DNA of 64,000 bases from Botryllus schlosseri. Its lineage: Eukaryota. Made by a program: the position numbers and the translations under genes. The notes below the pieces were generated by a model that worked only from the letters and a program-made list of their open reading frames with translations, was not told the DNA's origin and ran no database searches. Positions 1 to 13,097 of the stretch are shown one piece after another (within the stretch, counting starts at the first letter, position 1; the number at the start of each line of letters is the position of its first letter). Location of the stretch: assembly GCA_051294905.1 (NCBI GenBank), contig CM119373.1:2048001-2112000 (forward strand), written 5' to 3'.

Positions 1-179
1 CACGTACAATCGTATCAATAATCACCAGAATAATTCAGGTATTCATTGGTTGAAAATCCTTGCGCTCTTTTTGTCAAGAATGCCATAGTAGGATCTTCGC
101 CCACATCTGATGTTTTACACTGTAACTGTTTCCCAGTCACGGAAAATTCATCCGGTTCCATGAATTCGATTATCTAAGG

Positions 180-1506
180 CAGTGGTTCTCAACCTTTTTT
201 GACACGCGCCCCCCCTTGGAGATGGTCAAAAAAATCGCGCCCCCTGACCCCCCTTGCATTTATCGTCATGTCAAAAAGAGCACATCATCTAATACAGAGG
301 TGGGCAACGTTTTTGATAATCATGACTGCATTTAGATTGCTTATGTAGCGTAAGGCCGCATTCCAGGGCATAGCCGCAATGAACGATCTGGACGCAAAAT
401 TCCTATGGTAAACTGTCCATATCCATTCCCGGTGAACTCCGGACTATTGTACTTTTCACAATGGCCTATTGTATGCGCCGAAATCGCGAGTGGCAATGTT
501 ATGAATAATTGCCGGGAGGCGCATATTGTCGCGCGGAGCGCGAAAATTTTTCAGGGCCGCGAACGAATTGTTATTTCTTGCCATTTCCCATTCCGGCTCA
601 GATTAAGAAGGGCGCTACTGCAATAAAATCGAAAAATTAAGTCGTGTTGAATTGCACGGAGGGCGAAGAAAATTTCAAAAATTGCGGAAAATGCGGGAGT
701 GAATTCGTAATTGCAATTTTCATGTCTACGGCCGCCAACACATCCTAATTGATCGAATGAGGCGTCGACGGCCGCTCGAATTCCCTTCTAGGACCGCAGG
801 CTGCCCACCCCTGATCTAATAGTATACATAAGGTATATCTTACGTCAATTTTGAATCTGCATTCCAGTTGTTGAGTCTTTTACATTGCTGACAAATTTCT
901 CCAAACTTGTTTGAAAATAACAATAAAACGTTGAACAAGACATCCATTAATTAATTTCAAGGTAGGTCACCCTGAGACTAATCCTGATGCTGGTAGTGAG
1001 TACAGAGAGCAAGGCGTCGTTCTGTCCTGCCAGGCTAAATTTGATCAGTTTTGGAAATTAATAAAATTGTGTTGATTTATAGCCTAATCGAGGGCGAAAC
1101 CGTGCAACCTATGTTGCATCTAAGTCTGCCTTAGGCAGTGCAGTTCACAAGCTACTAACAACAGCTGCCCAGCGCGACAAGCTTTAGGCTACTGTCAAAG
1201 CTATGAATCAATGAATGACTTACACGTGGGAATTGCTCTCTATATCTCCAAAGAATATCAAAAATTTGCTCAAATGAAGTTGAAATCAGACTATACTCCG
1301 TTGAGCGCGGTTGCTAGAGTTTGTATTTTGCAAGCTTTCCTGAATATGGAATAATTTTCATCTCCATCAATCGTCTTCTCATAATGGATGTGAAACACAT
1401 GTTCAGACATGTACAATTTATACTGACCTTGTCAATTTCTCGCGCCCCCCCCCCCCCCTATACTGACTTCGTCAATTTCTCGCGCCTCCCAGGTTGAGAA
1501 CCTCTG
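180..1506. mobile_element. Non-autonomous hAT element (composite MITE)
   Basis: TIR CAGTGGTTCTCAACCT / AGGTTGAGAACCTCTG; 8-bp TSD ATCTAAGG (172-179, 1507-1514); empty site atccgagg at 30790-30797. Confidence 0.92.
295..813. mobile_element. hAT MITE nested in 180-1506
   Basis: TIR CAGAGGTGGGCAAC / GCTGCCCACCCCTG; 8-bp TSD ATCTAATA (287-294, 814-821). Same nest at 42073-42591. Confidence 0.9.
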
Positions 1507-1864
1507 ATCTAAGGTTTTAGTGGTCCGAAACCTAGTGAATCATGAAAATAAGTCTGGTGCCCCCCTATTTTAAGGGTGTAGTAAAAACCCAATGCGTAAG
1601 TGGTCGAAGTCCGCCTTCCGGTTAGGAATTCACTATAAGACCACTCGACTGATCAAGGGTATAATTTTTTTTGCTGTTTTCGGGATCAAATCCAGGTTGT
1701 TATAACAACCATCGGGTAAAAACTACGGGCTCATAGCATTTGGTTCGAGATCGATGGACACATCTCGAATTCTCCTCTACGATTGCCAATACGGTTAATA
1801 AAGTTGTATTCGTTTCGTTTTATTGCTTTGTGTGACCACTTAATCAACTGAGAATGTTGTAGAG

Positions 1865-3206
1865 CAGGGGTGGGCAATTATTTTCCTCCGCGGGCCAAAT
1901 GAGGAAAATAAATACGTTGGCGGGCCGAGTGAAAAATTTTGGCTATATTCTCCAGCGTATTTTAATTTTATTTCTAAATCACATTGTTAATAAATGCTGC
2001 TCCTTGAATGTGTTGATATTAGAGAATGAGAAAGTGACGGTTAATTAAAAAATATCTATTTGCTGTCATGATTCGAAACAATGTTAAACATGATACATTG
2101 ATACATTTTAGCTCTCTTCAAACCCCTATTCACGTTCTTCTATTAAGACTCTAAAGCAGTGGTTCTCAAATTTTTTTAGGCACGTCTCCCTTTATGATGA
2201 TGAACAATTTTGAGCCCCCTATCATGATATCACAAAATGCAACCAGAATGCTAGTAATCCCAACGGATAGTTTGATGGCATTGGGTATTATGGCTGTTGA
2301 TGAGCGAATTATGAAATATCAAACTCGAACAATACACAGAGCAATAGCTATAAGCTGTAGTATATCGCGCGAAGCGCGAAGATTTTTTTCGATAAAATTG
2401 GGCTTCGTGCCACCCTTCTGATGCTTTCATGTCTCCCAGTTCGAGAACCACTGCACTGAAATGAATATGCAATAGTACAAAGCTTATATTTTCTTGGTCG
2501 CTGCCATCCGAGCAGTGTACAGCTTGAATAGCTTTTATGTTGAGAGAAGCTTGCAGTTTTTCTGAACTTCGCCCTCTCTTGACCGAGTGTTTCCGTGTTT
2601 TTTTGTCATAAGAACGACTTTAATTAAAATTCCTAATCTCGGCGACCTGCCCGGTAAAAACGGAAAGGATGGGTTTACCCCTGACTCCAGTATGCGAATA
2701 TTTAGTGCTCTAAATTCTAAACCTTTGAATTTCAGTTTTCGGCTTTCTTTTTTGACATGCTCGTTAATCTTTCATGTGTGATAGATATGGCAGAGTCATG
2801 GTAATCACGAGCACTGATCGACTTGTCTTACGAAAATTCGTAACAAATTGAAACACATACCGTATAACGCGTAATGTGACAATGGCAACGAGCAAGGTTT
2901 GAAGCTTGAACTAAACTATATGGAAAGAGTAATTTTTTTTTGACTTCAATTGCTACTCATACGTTGCCACATTGCCTTTAATTTGAATATGGATTACGCA
3001 TGGCAGGTACGTAGGCAGCGTAATCGTGGCATAGTAATGAACAGGCTTCAAAGTAAACGAATTTCCTGTTCATTTGATACAGCCTATGATTTTCGTCATT
3101 CAAAAAGCAAGTTTTATGTTTTGAATTCGAAAAAACCTTTCGCGGGCCACACCGAATAGCTTCGCGGGCCGCATTTGGCCCGCGGGCCGCACTTTGCCCA
3201 GGTCTG
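1865..3206. mobile_element. hAT MITE, recent insertion unique to this unit
   Basis: TIR CAGGGGTGGGCAA / TTGCCCAGGTCTG with gcgggcc subterminal motifs; TSD TTGTAGAG (1857-1864, 3207-3214); empty sites at 43636-43643 and 62098-62105. Confidence 0.93.
2157..2453. mobile_element. Small hAT MITE nested in 1865-3206
   Basis: TIR CAGTGGTTCTC / GAGAACCACTG; TSD degraded (ctctaaag vs cactgaaa). Confidence 0.7.
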
Positions 3207-5625
3207 TTGTAGAGACTTGCTCACGTTACATTTAGCGCTGCTATTAAATTCAACATGAATGCGGGTAACAACACTCAGCAGTATCATCCTTTATGATACG
3301 ATTACGAAATATTCTGACGACATAATTTTGTAGCTCTCAAATACAAGTATATTTAGTTACTCGTTTTTGCCAGAAAGCTGCAAAACACCTTTAATGTACA
3401 AATGACATCACTCTCGAAAGTTGATCAGTAGCCTTTAGCGCCTTTGCGATTTAGGCACGCAGTGCGCATCAGGATAAAATACCTAGTCAAAAATATTTTA
3501 TGTAAAACAACCCGAGCTATCAGTATAAGTATCAATTTATTAATATTTTCATCATTTCAAAACACCACAAAACTTCGATACCATGAAAGGATAGGAAGAT
3601 GTCAAAACTACTTGGAGTATAGCTAGCGTGACGGGGTTGTTATGAAGGGGAATAAGCAATCCAAAAGTACCCCAAATTCATTTTACATGATTTAAAATAA
3701 ACCACTGCATTCATGGAATCATGAGTCGGTGGATATTTCGCGATGAGCGCGACTAAAAACGTTGTGATTTAACAGATTTTGTCGAATGTTAGTTTGCAAT
3801 GAGAAACGAGGAATAATCATATGTCCTTACTACACCATCTGCTGCGAGACCATTTTCTTCAGCGCCTCAACCGCGTCCAGAGCCAAGTGCCCTCTATTTC
3901 GCCCCCTGAGCGTTTCCGCCCCTTCAAAATCCAAGTAGCTCCCTGGGAGGCGCTGGAGACAAGGTTAAGAACCACTGATCTAAATCATCACGAACTATAT
4001 TGGTAAAATTACGTCTCCTCCAGCTTCATAAACTGCTCATCTTCGACAGTACAATGCTCCCGGACGCATAGAAGAGTAGCGTACGACCAGTGTTGCTGAT
4101 TATAAATTCTGTAGACGGAATTGGGCTCTGAGCTGTCGTAAGAAGTCGTCAGAAACAACATATACAAATGCGCGTGGTCGTGTTCGTGTAGTTTTTGCGC
4201 TATCACGAAGCAACTAACGATCCAGATTACACGTTTAAATTCTAATCTTTTCCAAGTCTATATCATGGTATCATGCTCAATCTTCTAGAATGATAGATAC
4301 TTTTGTACTCAGCGCTTCTTTGGAAATTGTGTCAATCATCACACCCATCTCTGATCTGAACATATAAAGTGTCATCACCATGTTTTCATCTGCTATCACA
4401 CTAATCGAATTTTTGAATTGTTCTTATGCTCTAATTTTAATTCTAATCTAATTCATGAATTGTTCTTATGCTCTAATTCTAATCTAATTTATTGTTTTCC
4501 TGAAAATGCCTATTTGACCGCGGCATGTTGCAGCGAGTCCATCTCGCAAAGGGATATCCAGAGTCAAGCCGCAATTGCATTACTTACACCGTACAGAAAT
4601 AGTAGTTGTTGTGCGACGAATAATAGCCATACTGGAACAATTGTGACGCTTATCGCCGAATCATGTTATTTGTGCCATGAAAATGAATGTTGCAATCTTC
4701 CTTGATCTTTGCCTTTGGAACTCTTTTTGGACTACTTCCAGTCACGTATCTATTCATCATATATCTATCTCGTTTGCATACGACCTCTTCAGTGTCTTTT
4801 GCTGACGATTTTCGAAGCTCGAGTTCAATTATTTAAACTGGGCTTTTCGTACGGCACTGCATACGCAGTGAGTTCAGCTACTAACGATTCGATATTAGGG
4901 CTATCCAGACATGTTGCTAGGTGAAAGACTATCTCATCCTAAAGATTGGCTTTGGGGACGCCCTATAGCCCTAGTTTTCCAAGCGCCTCGGTGTCGAGTG
5001 CACTGTACGTCATGGCAATATCCCTATTCATGCCAGCTGACTCTCCATCGATGGAATGCTGTTGCCTTCGTTGAAGCTATTTCCGCTATAGCGAGGAATA
5101 GTGTTGTTGAGGACAGACGAATAGGTTTATTTAATACAACAACAATAATTATTTGAAACTGAAATCAATTTTCGCATTTCAAAATGCTTTATTCGCGTTC
5201 TTCCAAATTCATAGATCAGATCGCCAGCCGCAAAATACGACTTCGCGGGCCGCCTATTGATGACCCGGGTATAGTGCAAAACGAGCGAAGCTTGATATAC
5301 AGACGTTAACCAATCTCTTTGTTATGAGACTCCACTGTGGTTTGATATGAACTGAACTTTTTGCTGTATTTATTTCTCATTCAGAATTTCATTCGATTTC
5401 CAAGTAGTTTTTCCGAATTCAGTAGCCAAATTCTAATTGTAAGTATAATCTAATTTGAAAATAACTGTGTTAATCTAATTCTAATTGTGATCTAATTTGA
5501 AAAAAATTGTATAGCTCTAATTATAATTCTAATCTAATTCGGAAATGCTAAAAATTTTCTAGTTGTCCTAGTCTGCCGCGTAAGTGGCGTCTTATAAAAG
5601 CTTATGAGTGGGCCGTGCTGCAGGT

Positions 5626-5823
5626 ATTGTTTGTTTGTTTTGGGGTATTCATGGTGTTTGTCGACTACGATGGTCATTTACACCAGGCCGAAATTCTTTT
5701 TATTTTCCGTAACTGCCGCCTTATAGCACGGCTCACCTCTAGGCTTTTGTAAGACACCGCTGACGCGGATGAGGTGGCGAGGAGGAGCCTAGGTAAACCT
5801 CCAACACTTGGGTATCGAGATTC
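5626..5823 (-). mobile_element. 5'-truncated SINE copy inserted in reverse into another copy of the same family
   Basis: 13-bp TSD CCGTGCTGCAGGT (5613-5625, 5824-5836); (AAAC)n tail on minus strand; empty site 33669-33681; duplicate at 46055-46256. Confidence 0.85.
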
Positions 5824-6274
5824 CCGTGCTGCAGGTCAGCAGCTACGAAATTTAAATGAAGCACATTGGCCTGGTGTAAATGACCATAGTAGTCGACAAA
5901 CCCCATGAATACCTCAAATCAAACAAACAAGCGACTAGAAAGGGAGCATAGAAATACGTCAACTGATATCGTCGTTAGTGCCACTGATTTAGCGCTCTAT
6001 AACTGTACTCAACAGGCAAATCATCACAATTTTGCCAATTCCATTGTTCGCGAATAAATTCGTTGCTAGAATATAAACCCTATGATCCGTGATATGATTT
6101 AATGTACTATTATGTATATATGATTGATAATAAAGTATTCAAGTGAAAATACGGACATGTGGCAAAACTTTGAAACGAGTTGACAGATGGTCGGGCCCGT
6201 GAGAAATTTGAAGATTTTAATCCTACCCGAGTAGCCATTTGAGTTTGACAACCGTTCTCTAAGCTTAATTGCGA

Positions 6275-6465
6275 TGACGAGATAGCATAATGGTATGATC
6301 CACGGCTGCAACACCAATTGGTTGCGGGTTCGAGTCTGACCGAGGTCGCCTCCAGAATTCCCAGCCAAGTGTTAGAGGTTTATATAGGGCTAGGCTCCTC
6401 TTCATTCACCAGATCGGCGCTAGCGATTTCTTAAAAAAGGCTAGAAGTGGATTTTGCTATGAGTG
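6275..6465 (+). mobile_element. tRNA-derived SINE head and body (other copies ~7797, ~15335, ~34122 split by ISL2EU, ~46708, ~52964, ~54055)
   Basis: Pol III A-box-like TAGCATAATGG and B-box-like GGTTCGAGTC, followed by a body (ctaggctcctc...cctagaagtgg.ccgtgctat) that elsewhere ends in (AAAC)n, e.g. 12690-12855. Confidence 0.7.
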
Positions 6466-6756
6466 CTCTCAATATTGCAGGCCCTGAGTATTTTTCTGCA
6501 CAGCGATCAATGTATATTTTTAAAGTTAGATGCCTCTTGGCTCTGCATTCAGAACAAGTCGTTTTACATGCAATCTAAATTCAAATCATTGGTAAAACGG
6601 AGTATATATTGCACGACATTAAAAGCTGGCGATTTCGTCTATTATAACATTTGAGATCGACCGAGACCGAGTGTCTCATTTCGATTTCCCAGAAGTGTCT
6701 ATGAATACGGGCTGGGCACCGTTTAAACCCTAATATTGTCGTTATCGAGTGATCAC

Positions 6757-7610
6757 ATATTAAAATGGCTATCCGGACCACATATTAAAATGCTCCATCT
6801 CTAGGGTATTGAAAAAATCGGATACAGGTCCAAAATATGGCCCAGAAAAATGCCCGCCATTTTTGCCCCTACCTTGGCTAGGTAACGTGTCTAGCCGTTT
6901 TGAAAAGCTTATTAAATCGGCTGTTCACCGTTGCTATTACAGCGTTAACACGCATGTAGTGTACACGACGAAACCCTTGTTACCCAACTCTCGAAAAGAT
7001 GTACTTCCTGCCTTTGATGCAAGTAATGTTGTTTACCAATACAAGTACCACTGTGATAGTAGGTATGTAGGATGTACATCTCAAAGATTGTTTGAACGTA
7101 TTAAGCAGCATATCCCAAAATTGTTTCGGTCAAAAACTTGCGCAAATGATCGCACGGAGCTCGCACGTCAGTGCAAATTGGCTGCAAAAACAGACTGCTA
7201 TGATGATTACCAAGTATATGTTTCGTCAATTGGTCAGCATAGGAGTGAAAACCTTGCCTGTGCACAGCACTATGATGACAATATGTTCACTGTCATTGCG
7301 CGTGGTAGGTCTGTGTTTCATTTAAAAGTGTTGGAGTCTACTATTATTCAGTTGAGCAAACCTATTTTATGATAACCTACAAATTTCTCATTAGTGCGTG
7401 TTGTTCCGTGCGTGTAATTGTTTATTTACAAATTGTGCTGCTACTATAGTACCGTATGTCCGTATAGGCCTACTTCATAGTTTGTTATTGTTGCCATTGG
7501 TACAATGCGAATTTCATGGTTTGTGATTTTGATTGTTGCGTCATACTTTGCCTTTTTGGTTTTGATTTTAAATCTGTTTAAATCCCTTTAGTGTGCCGAT
7601 AACTCTTGAA
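6757..7610 (+). mobile_element. Penelope-like retroelement 3' fragment (RT C-terminus plus GIY-YIG endonuclease)
   Basis: NGYPDHILK upstream of ORF 6809-7372, which has LPWLGNVS, NVVYQY..CDSRYVGCTSQRLFERIKQH, SSIGQH and LESTII...KPIL. End coordinate approximate. Confidence 0.9.
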
Positions 7611-8785
7611 AATATGATTTAATGTACTATTGTGTATATATGATTGATAATGGAGTATTCAAGTGAAAATTAAGGACAGGTGGCAAAATTTTTAACCGAG
7701 TTAGCTGATAGTCCGGCCAATGACAGATTTGGAGGTTTGAATCCGACCCGCGTTGCCATTTGAGTTTGACAACCCTGCTCTAAGCTGGGTCGCCATGGCG
7801 AGATAGCATAATGGTATGATCCACGGCTGCAACACCAATTGGTTGCGGATTCGAGTCTGACCGAGGTCGACTCCAGACTTCCCAGCCAAATTTTAGCGGT
7901 GCTAGGCTCCCTTCTTGCGGTTTCTTAAAAAAAGCCTAGAAGTGGACGTGCTATGAGTGCTCTCAATATTGCAGGCCCCGGGTATTTTCTGCACAGCGAT
8001 AAATGCATATTTTTAAAATCAAATGCCTCGTGGCATTGCATTCAGGACAGTTTGTTTTACATGCAATCGAAATTCAAATCATTGGTAAAACAAAGTATCT
8101 ATTGCAAGACATTAAAAGCCGGTGATTTTGTCTATTATAACATTTGAGATTCTATATAGTTGCTAAGATGTAAAGACCGAGTGTCTCATTTCGATTTCCC
8201 AAAACCGTTTATGAATACTGACTGAGTGCCGTACAAACCTTAATACTGTCGTTATCGAGTGATCACTAGTAAATTATGAAAACTACATAAAGGTAAGCTT
8301 TAAAGCTGCCAAACACAGTAGACCTGCCGTCTCCGTGGATTCAGTCGGACGGATTTACATGCCGATGTATTACTGGCGACAACTTTTTGAAAGATGCAGA
8401 GATTGCTATCATCCCATTGTACAGAATTCTACGTCGAAATCGGCCCCATATATTTGTTACTCAGAAAACAGAGTTTCCAAATAATGTCAGGGAACTAGCT
8501 CATAGGTAATTTTACAAATTTCTATTGTGTTTGAGTGTATTCGATCAAATGAAATCTAGAAGCTTCTACTCGACTCGAGGATCAATTCTCGAATCGGAAT
8601 CGTATCTCCTGAGCCCTCGATGTCGCTCAGTCACCATTGCAATATTATGTTACTTGAAATGATGACAAAGCAATCGTAGCACAGTAATGTGATACAAATA
8701 GTATTTAACCATTTAATGACAGAAGTTACAATTTCATTTTCGAAGGCTAATGAAAGTAATGTTATACGATATTTTATCATTTTAG

Positions 8786-8953
8786 TTGCAAATGCTCGTT
8801 ATCATGGACAATTCAATGAATGAAGATGGATATGAAGTACTCGTTCACATTCTGAAGCGGTCAGATTGCAAGGAATTGCAACTCCAATATTGTTGTCTCA
8901 CCAAGACTAAGTTGCAAGGAGTATTGAACGGATGTCGGGATCAAAATATCCAG
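8786..8953 (+). CDS. Internal coding exon, two RI-like LRRs (LRR exon copy 1), probable NLR-like/LRR gene
   Basis: Acceptor ttttatcattttAG and donor CAG|GTGCGT; 168 nt open in phase 0: LQMLVIMDNSMNEDGYEVLVHILKRSDCKELQLQYCCLTKTKLQGVLNGCRDQNIQ, matching LxxLxIxxNxM and CxxLxLxxCxL. NLR assignment is inference. Confidence 0.8.
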
Positions 8954-11900
8954 GTGCGTCATCATGAAAAATCAGTAATATACAAGAAGACATGTCCCTA
9001 ACGATTCAAAATTGTTCGTCATCCTACATCGCCTCAAAAAGTATGCAGCATAAAATCGTTCACCGTTTATCCTGGCGTTTACCAATACTCGTCTGAGATT
9101 CGAATACCGCAGGCGTTTCGTATTTTGCAACACAGAGAAGCTTGTACATTTTTGAAATAGTTAACGACGCGACAGGGTGGATATTATCAATATTGGAATA
9201 TTCTTGAGACAAATCTAACTGGTGAGGCCGCTTTAGTGTTAGATGATGCGGTTCCATGCACCTGTTGTCGTGGCATGGAATTTGGGAATTCTAGACAAAC
9301 TGTTGCTGATGGAAATGCGGACAATAATTTGCGGCTTTGGTAAGGCGTCCCTGATCTACAGTGAAGTAATCGGCAGAAAAGGGCCAATGTTAAATTTAGG
9401 ATTTCAGGCCGCAAATTGGACACAATTTCATACTTTTAAGTTGCTTATAAATTTGGGTGGAGATAGTTATGTCAATCACTGATTGTCCAATTGGGAGGTC
9501 AAGAAATAACAGCATGCAATAAAAGTGACTAATAACAATTGGCCCACAGCATGATGCATCATTATATATAACTTGCCCCCCCCCCCCCCGGTTCGAAGAT
9601 ACCCCTCGATCAACTCTACTGGTGAATGGGATCACATGGGCTGAGAAAGGATTCATGCTTAATAGGAATATGTGAAACTGTTAACATTAATGACGAAATT
9701 CATTAGTGAATCTGAACAGCTTCTTGGAGCTACATAACTTCAATATCCGATTGAATAGTATATTCATACTGAAATGAACCCGAATATTTTCGGCTGACAC
9801 TCGTTAGGGGTAATCGTCAGCAACTAGTGGAGAATTCAAAAGAACAGCGTATATCAACAATCGTAACACAAAATATGACGTCACCAGCAGCATTAGTGAA
9901 TCTGGAAGTTTTTCGTTCCCATAACGTGACCACTCGCAATTTGGGTGCGTGTAGTAAGCGGATATGAAATAATATAGATAAGTCCGGAGCTCATCGGAAA
10001 TGGACATGGATCCCTCAATATTGGTAGTTGGCGTCCAGCTAGTTCATCGCGACTAAGCCCTGGAATGCTGCCGTAGGCTACATGATTAATCGATATGCAG
10101 CCGTGAATAGTAAAAAGGTTGGCGACCCCTTGGAAATGAATTCCAGCTAAGCTTTTCATTTAAGAGAGCTCGTTTCTCATGCACTTGAAATTCAAATCAT
10201 TCAAACTTTTTTTTATAATGGTGTCGAAGCATATACACTTATACAATCTTCCAGCGATTTCAATACCAATTGACAATATATATCAGTATTTTAATAATCT
10301 GTAATATGTATTGTGCTGCATCCGGAATATTTCGCGATCGGTATTTTTCGTTACATGTCGCTACATCTCTAATCGCAAAACCATGTATTCCAAGGCGCCC
10401 ATTGTAAAATGCCAACATGAAACAAGGTTTTTGTTATCGCTGGCCACAGCGTCAATATGGGTATGCAATGTATTTTTAAGTATGTCGTATTTGACGAGGT
10501 GAAATTGTTCGATTGAAGGTTAACCGAAATAGCAGACTGAGATTCCACAAATATCGTGACATTGTGATTTTCTATTTTTTAGCAATTTATGCGTTGCACG
10601 AATAAAAACCACATTCATGAATATTTGACTAGAACTGTCATTGTACTTGACAGGGAGTACGCGTCATTTGTCAAAATTATGAGAAATAGGCAACATAGCC
10701 GAATCTAGTTTTAAGATATCATATTGATAAGTATAGGCTATTGATTATGTCATTGCCCAAGTCAAAATAAAACAGCGTTGGATTTAACTTCACTGGTGTT
10801 ACAGCGGTGGAGCGTAGCACTACGGTATTCACCCTCTTATATCGGCGATAAAGATATGGATAAAGGGGACAAAGATGAAACTGACTACACATTCAGGGTG
10901 CAATAGAATGATCACTGTTGTTATAACAACTTGCGTCGATAGCGAAATACCGTGTCACGAGCTCAATTCCAATCAGTCGAAGCGGAGTTATTGCCGTCGC
11001 AAAATTTTGGATTTGAATAAAATAGTATTTACGGTGACCGATTCTTTAATCATTTATTATAATTGTGCCCACCGTAAATAGTATTTTATGCAAATCCAAA
11101 TTTGTCGACATCAATCACTACGCTACGGCTGGTTTGAATGGAGCCAAATTTGGTGGACATCGTTTCTATCGACAACCTTACAATTTCATGGGTGAACAGA
11201 AAATTTTGAATTTTTTTTTATCAATTCTGATATAATAAATAAAAAAACTTTCTTCTCCTGTAGCAATGCGGCTACTGGTTGGAATTGAACCAAATTTGGT
11301 GTGTAGGCTTCAATTCGGTAATCTAACAATTTTATCAAGTAGCCAGTAGAATTTGAAAGAAAAAGTCATTTTTGAACACCCCTACTGTACAGTGTACAGA
11401 CATTTGCTATTCCCATGCGCATAAGATGAACTATGATTTGATATTAACGGGTGTGAGTATACACCATGGCACAAGAGACCTGAACGTACCTCATACTTAT
11501 ACCGCGGTATAAATTGAGTGCAATATTTTAATCCAAATTTTGCATGCACGTAGGATATATGACCTCGATCTCATTATGACTCATGTTTTGTTTTCATGTA
11601 CCACCCTTTTCGGCCCCTTAGGTGCAAATACACACTATTTTCGCTAAAAGTGCACTCGAATAAAATATGCATGTTACGCATAAAACGCGTAGTATATTAT
11701 GCCCATTGGAAATCGGTGTCTACTCTACCAGTTGTAAACCCAAATGTACGAACGGGCAGTGCATTCATCGATTCGGTATCTCTAAAATTCCATTGTGAGT
11801 CAACAAACCTGACTGAAATACGAGGTCACTGCAAATTGGTCGATTGTCGCTTCATTGCGAAACATTCATTATTTTCAATGAAACATTCTTTCTTTGACGA

Positions 11901-12957
11901 TATAATCAGTGTTTTTCCAAATCGTAACGACCGTAAAAGCATTTCAGCACTATTACACGCGGCATTTTTCATTTCATCGCCGATATCCACTAATTGCATA
12001 TTAATATGAAATTCGCTAAAATATTCATTTATGCGAATGAGAATCTAGAGTTAGTGATCATTATGCAAAGGTGAATTGCAAGATATGGTCGGAAGTTTCA
12101 TCGCCCTTATTCTTGAATAGGCAACACAACTGTGAGAAGTCCATCCGTCTGAAGTATAATTATGCGGTCGTTTTCACAATAAAATATTTTAAATTGATAA
12201 TAATACAAACATCAAGTCAAGTGTTTAGATGTGCAAATCTGAATTTATTAGCTATGAAAATTCTGTAACCGAAAATATATAAAAAGGAACGATATTTATC
12301 ATGTTCCCAGCTATATTCGGATGAACTCTCGCAACTTTCGTATCTGATATCTTAAATTGGCTCATTAAACAAACGCTCTGTACGAATTCACATTCATATG
12401 ACGATAATCAACATATGCGACTCGTAGCTTACATTGTCGTAAACTTGCTTACCTCAACCAGCCCTCTTGTATATAATTTAAACCAAACGAATATCGTTCA
12501 TACGTTTATAATTGTATATCGTTGATAAGTAGGTGGGTAGGGTATTGAACTATATCAATTTTAAACATTCTGAGGTTTCGTATGTTGTCCTCTATTTTGG
12601 CTGATATTTAAAGACTGGCTACATCGCCATACTTGCGTAGTTGAGCAGTTCTGCGTATGCGTGAGCGATACAGCGCCTCTTCATTCCATTACTCCTCGCC
12701 ACTTAATCCGCGTAAGCCGTGACTTGCGCAAAGTCTAGAAGTGGGCCGTGCTATAAGTCGGCAGTTGACGAATAAATATGAAGAATATTGGCCTGGTGTG
12801 AATGGCCGTAGTAGTTGACAAACACCATGAATATCTCAAAACAAACAAACAAACTATTTATTCGTTCGTCGATTCCGAATAAATGGGTACTTCATCTGTA
12901 TTTAAAACAGTTAGCAAAATGTAATGACTTTGAATCATGTCCAGTACGTTGAAATTT

Positions 12958-13097
12958 CAACTTGACTTGACTAGTGACTTGACTAGTGACTTGACTAGTG
13001 ACTTGACTAGTGACTTGACTCGTGACTTGACTTGACTTGACTTGACTTGACTTGACTTGACTTGACTTGACTTGACTTGACTTGACTTGACTTGACC
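12958..13097. repeat. (CTTGA)n microsatellite with 12-mer TAGTGACTTGAC variant
   Basis: Directly visible; sister copy at ~52009-52051 is much shorter and lacks the 12-mers. Confidence 0.95.

Noticed and set aside
3961..3977. hAT terminus AAGGTTAAGAACCACTG (also in sister units)
   Set aside because: No partner TIR or second TSD found, so element boundaries cannot be supported.
6275..6350. tRNA genes
   Set aside because: A/B boxes are present, but I could not fold a clean cloverleaf; copies are degenerate and run into a shared SINE body.
6481..6591. Possible exon ALSIFLHSDQC...KSL after ttgcag
   Set aside because: Frame differs between copies, in-frame TAA in the 15540 and 54260 copies, weak donor.
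7373..7610. Hammerhead ribozyme in the Penelope 3' region or in the 163-bp unit
   Set aside because: No CTGANGA...GAAA core with supporting stems found by eye.
8300..8505. Possible second exon ending CATAG|GTAATT before each LRR exon
   Set aside because: The frame open in this copy has a stop in copy 2 (GAA TAG ~15960), the donor is TATGTAATT in copy 3, and no family similarity is recognisable.
9240..9480. Cys/His-rich minus-strand peptide (CHDNRCMEPHHL) resembling a His-Me finger
   Set aside because: Interrupted by stops and not conserved in the paralog at ~55500-55750.
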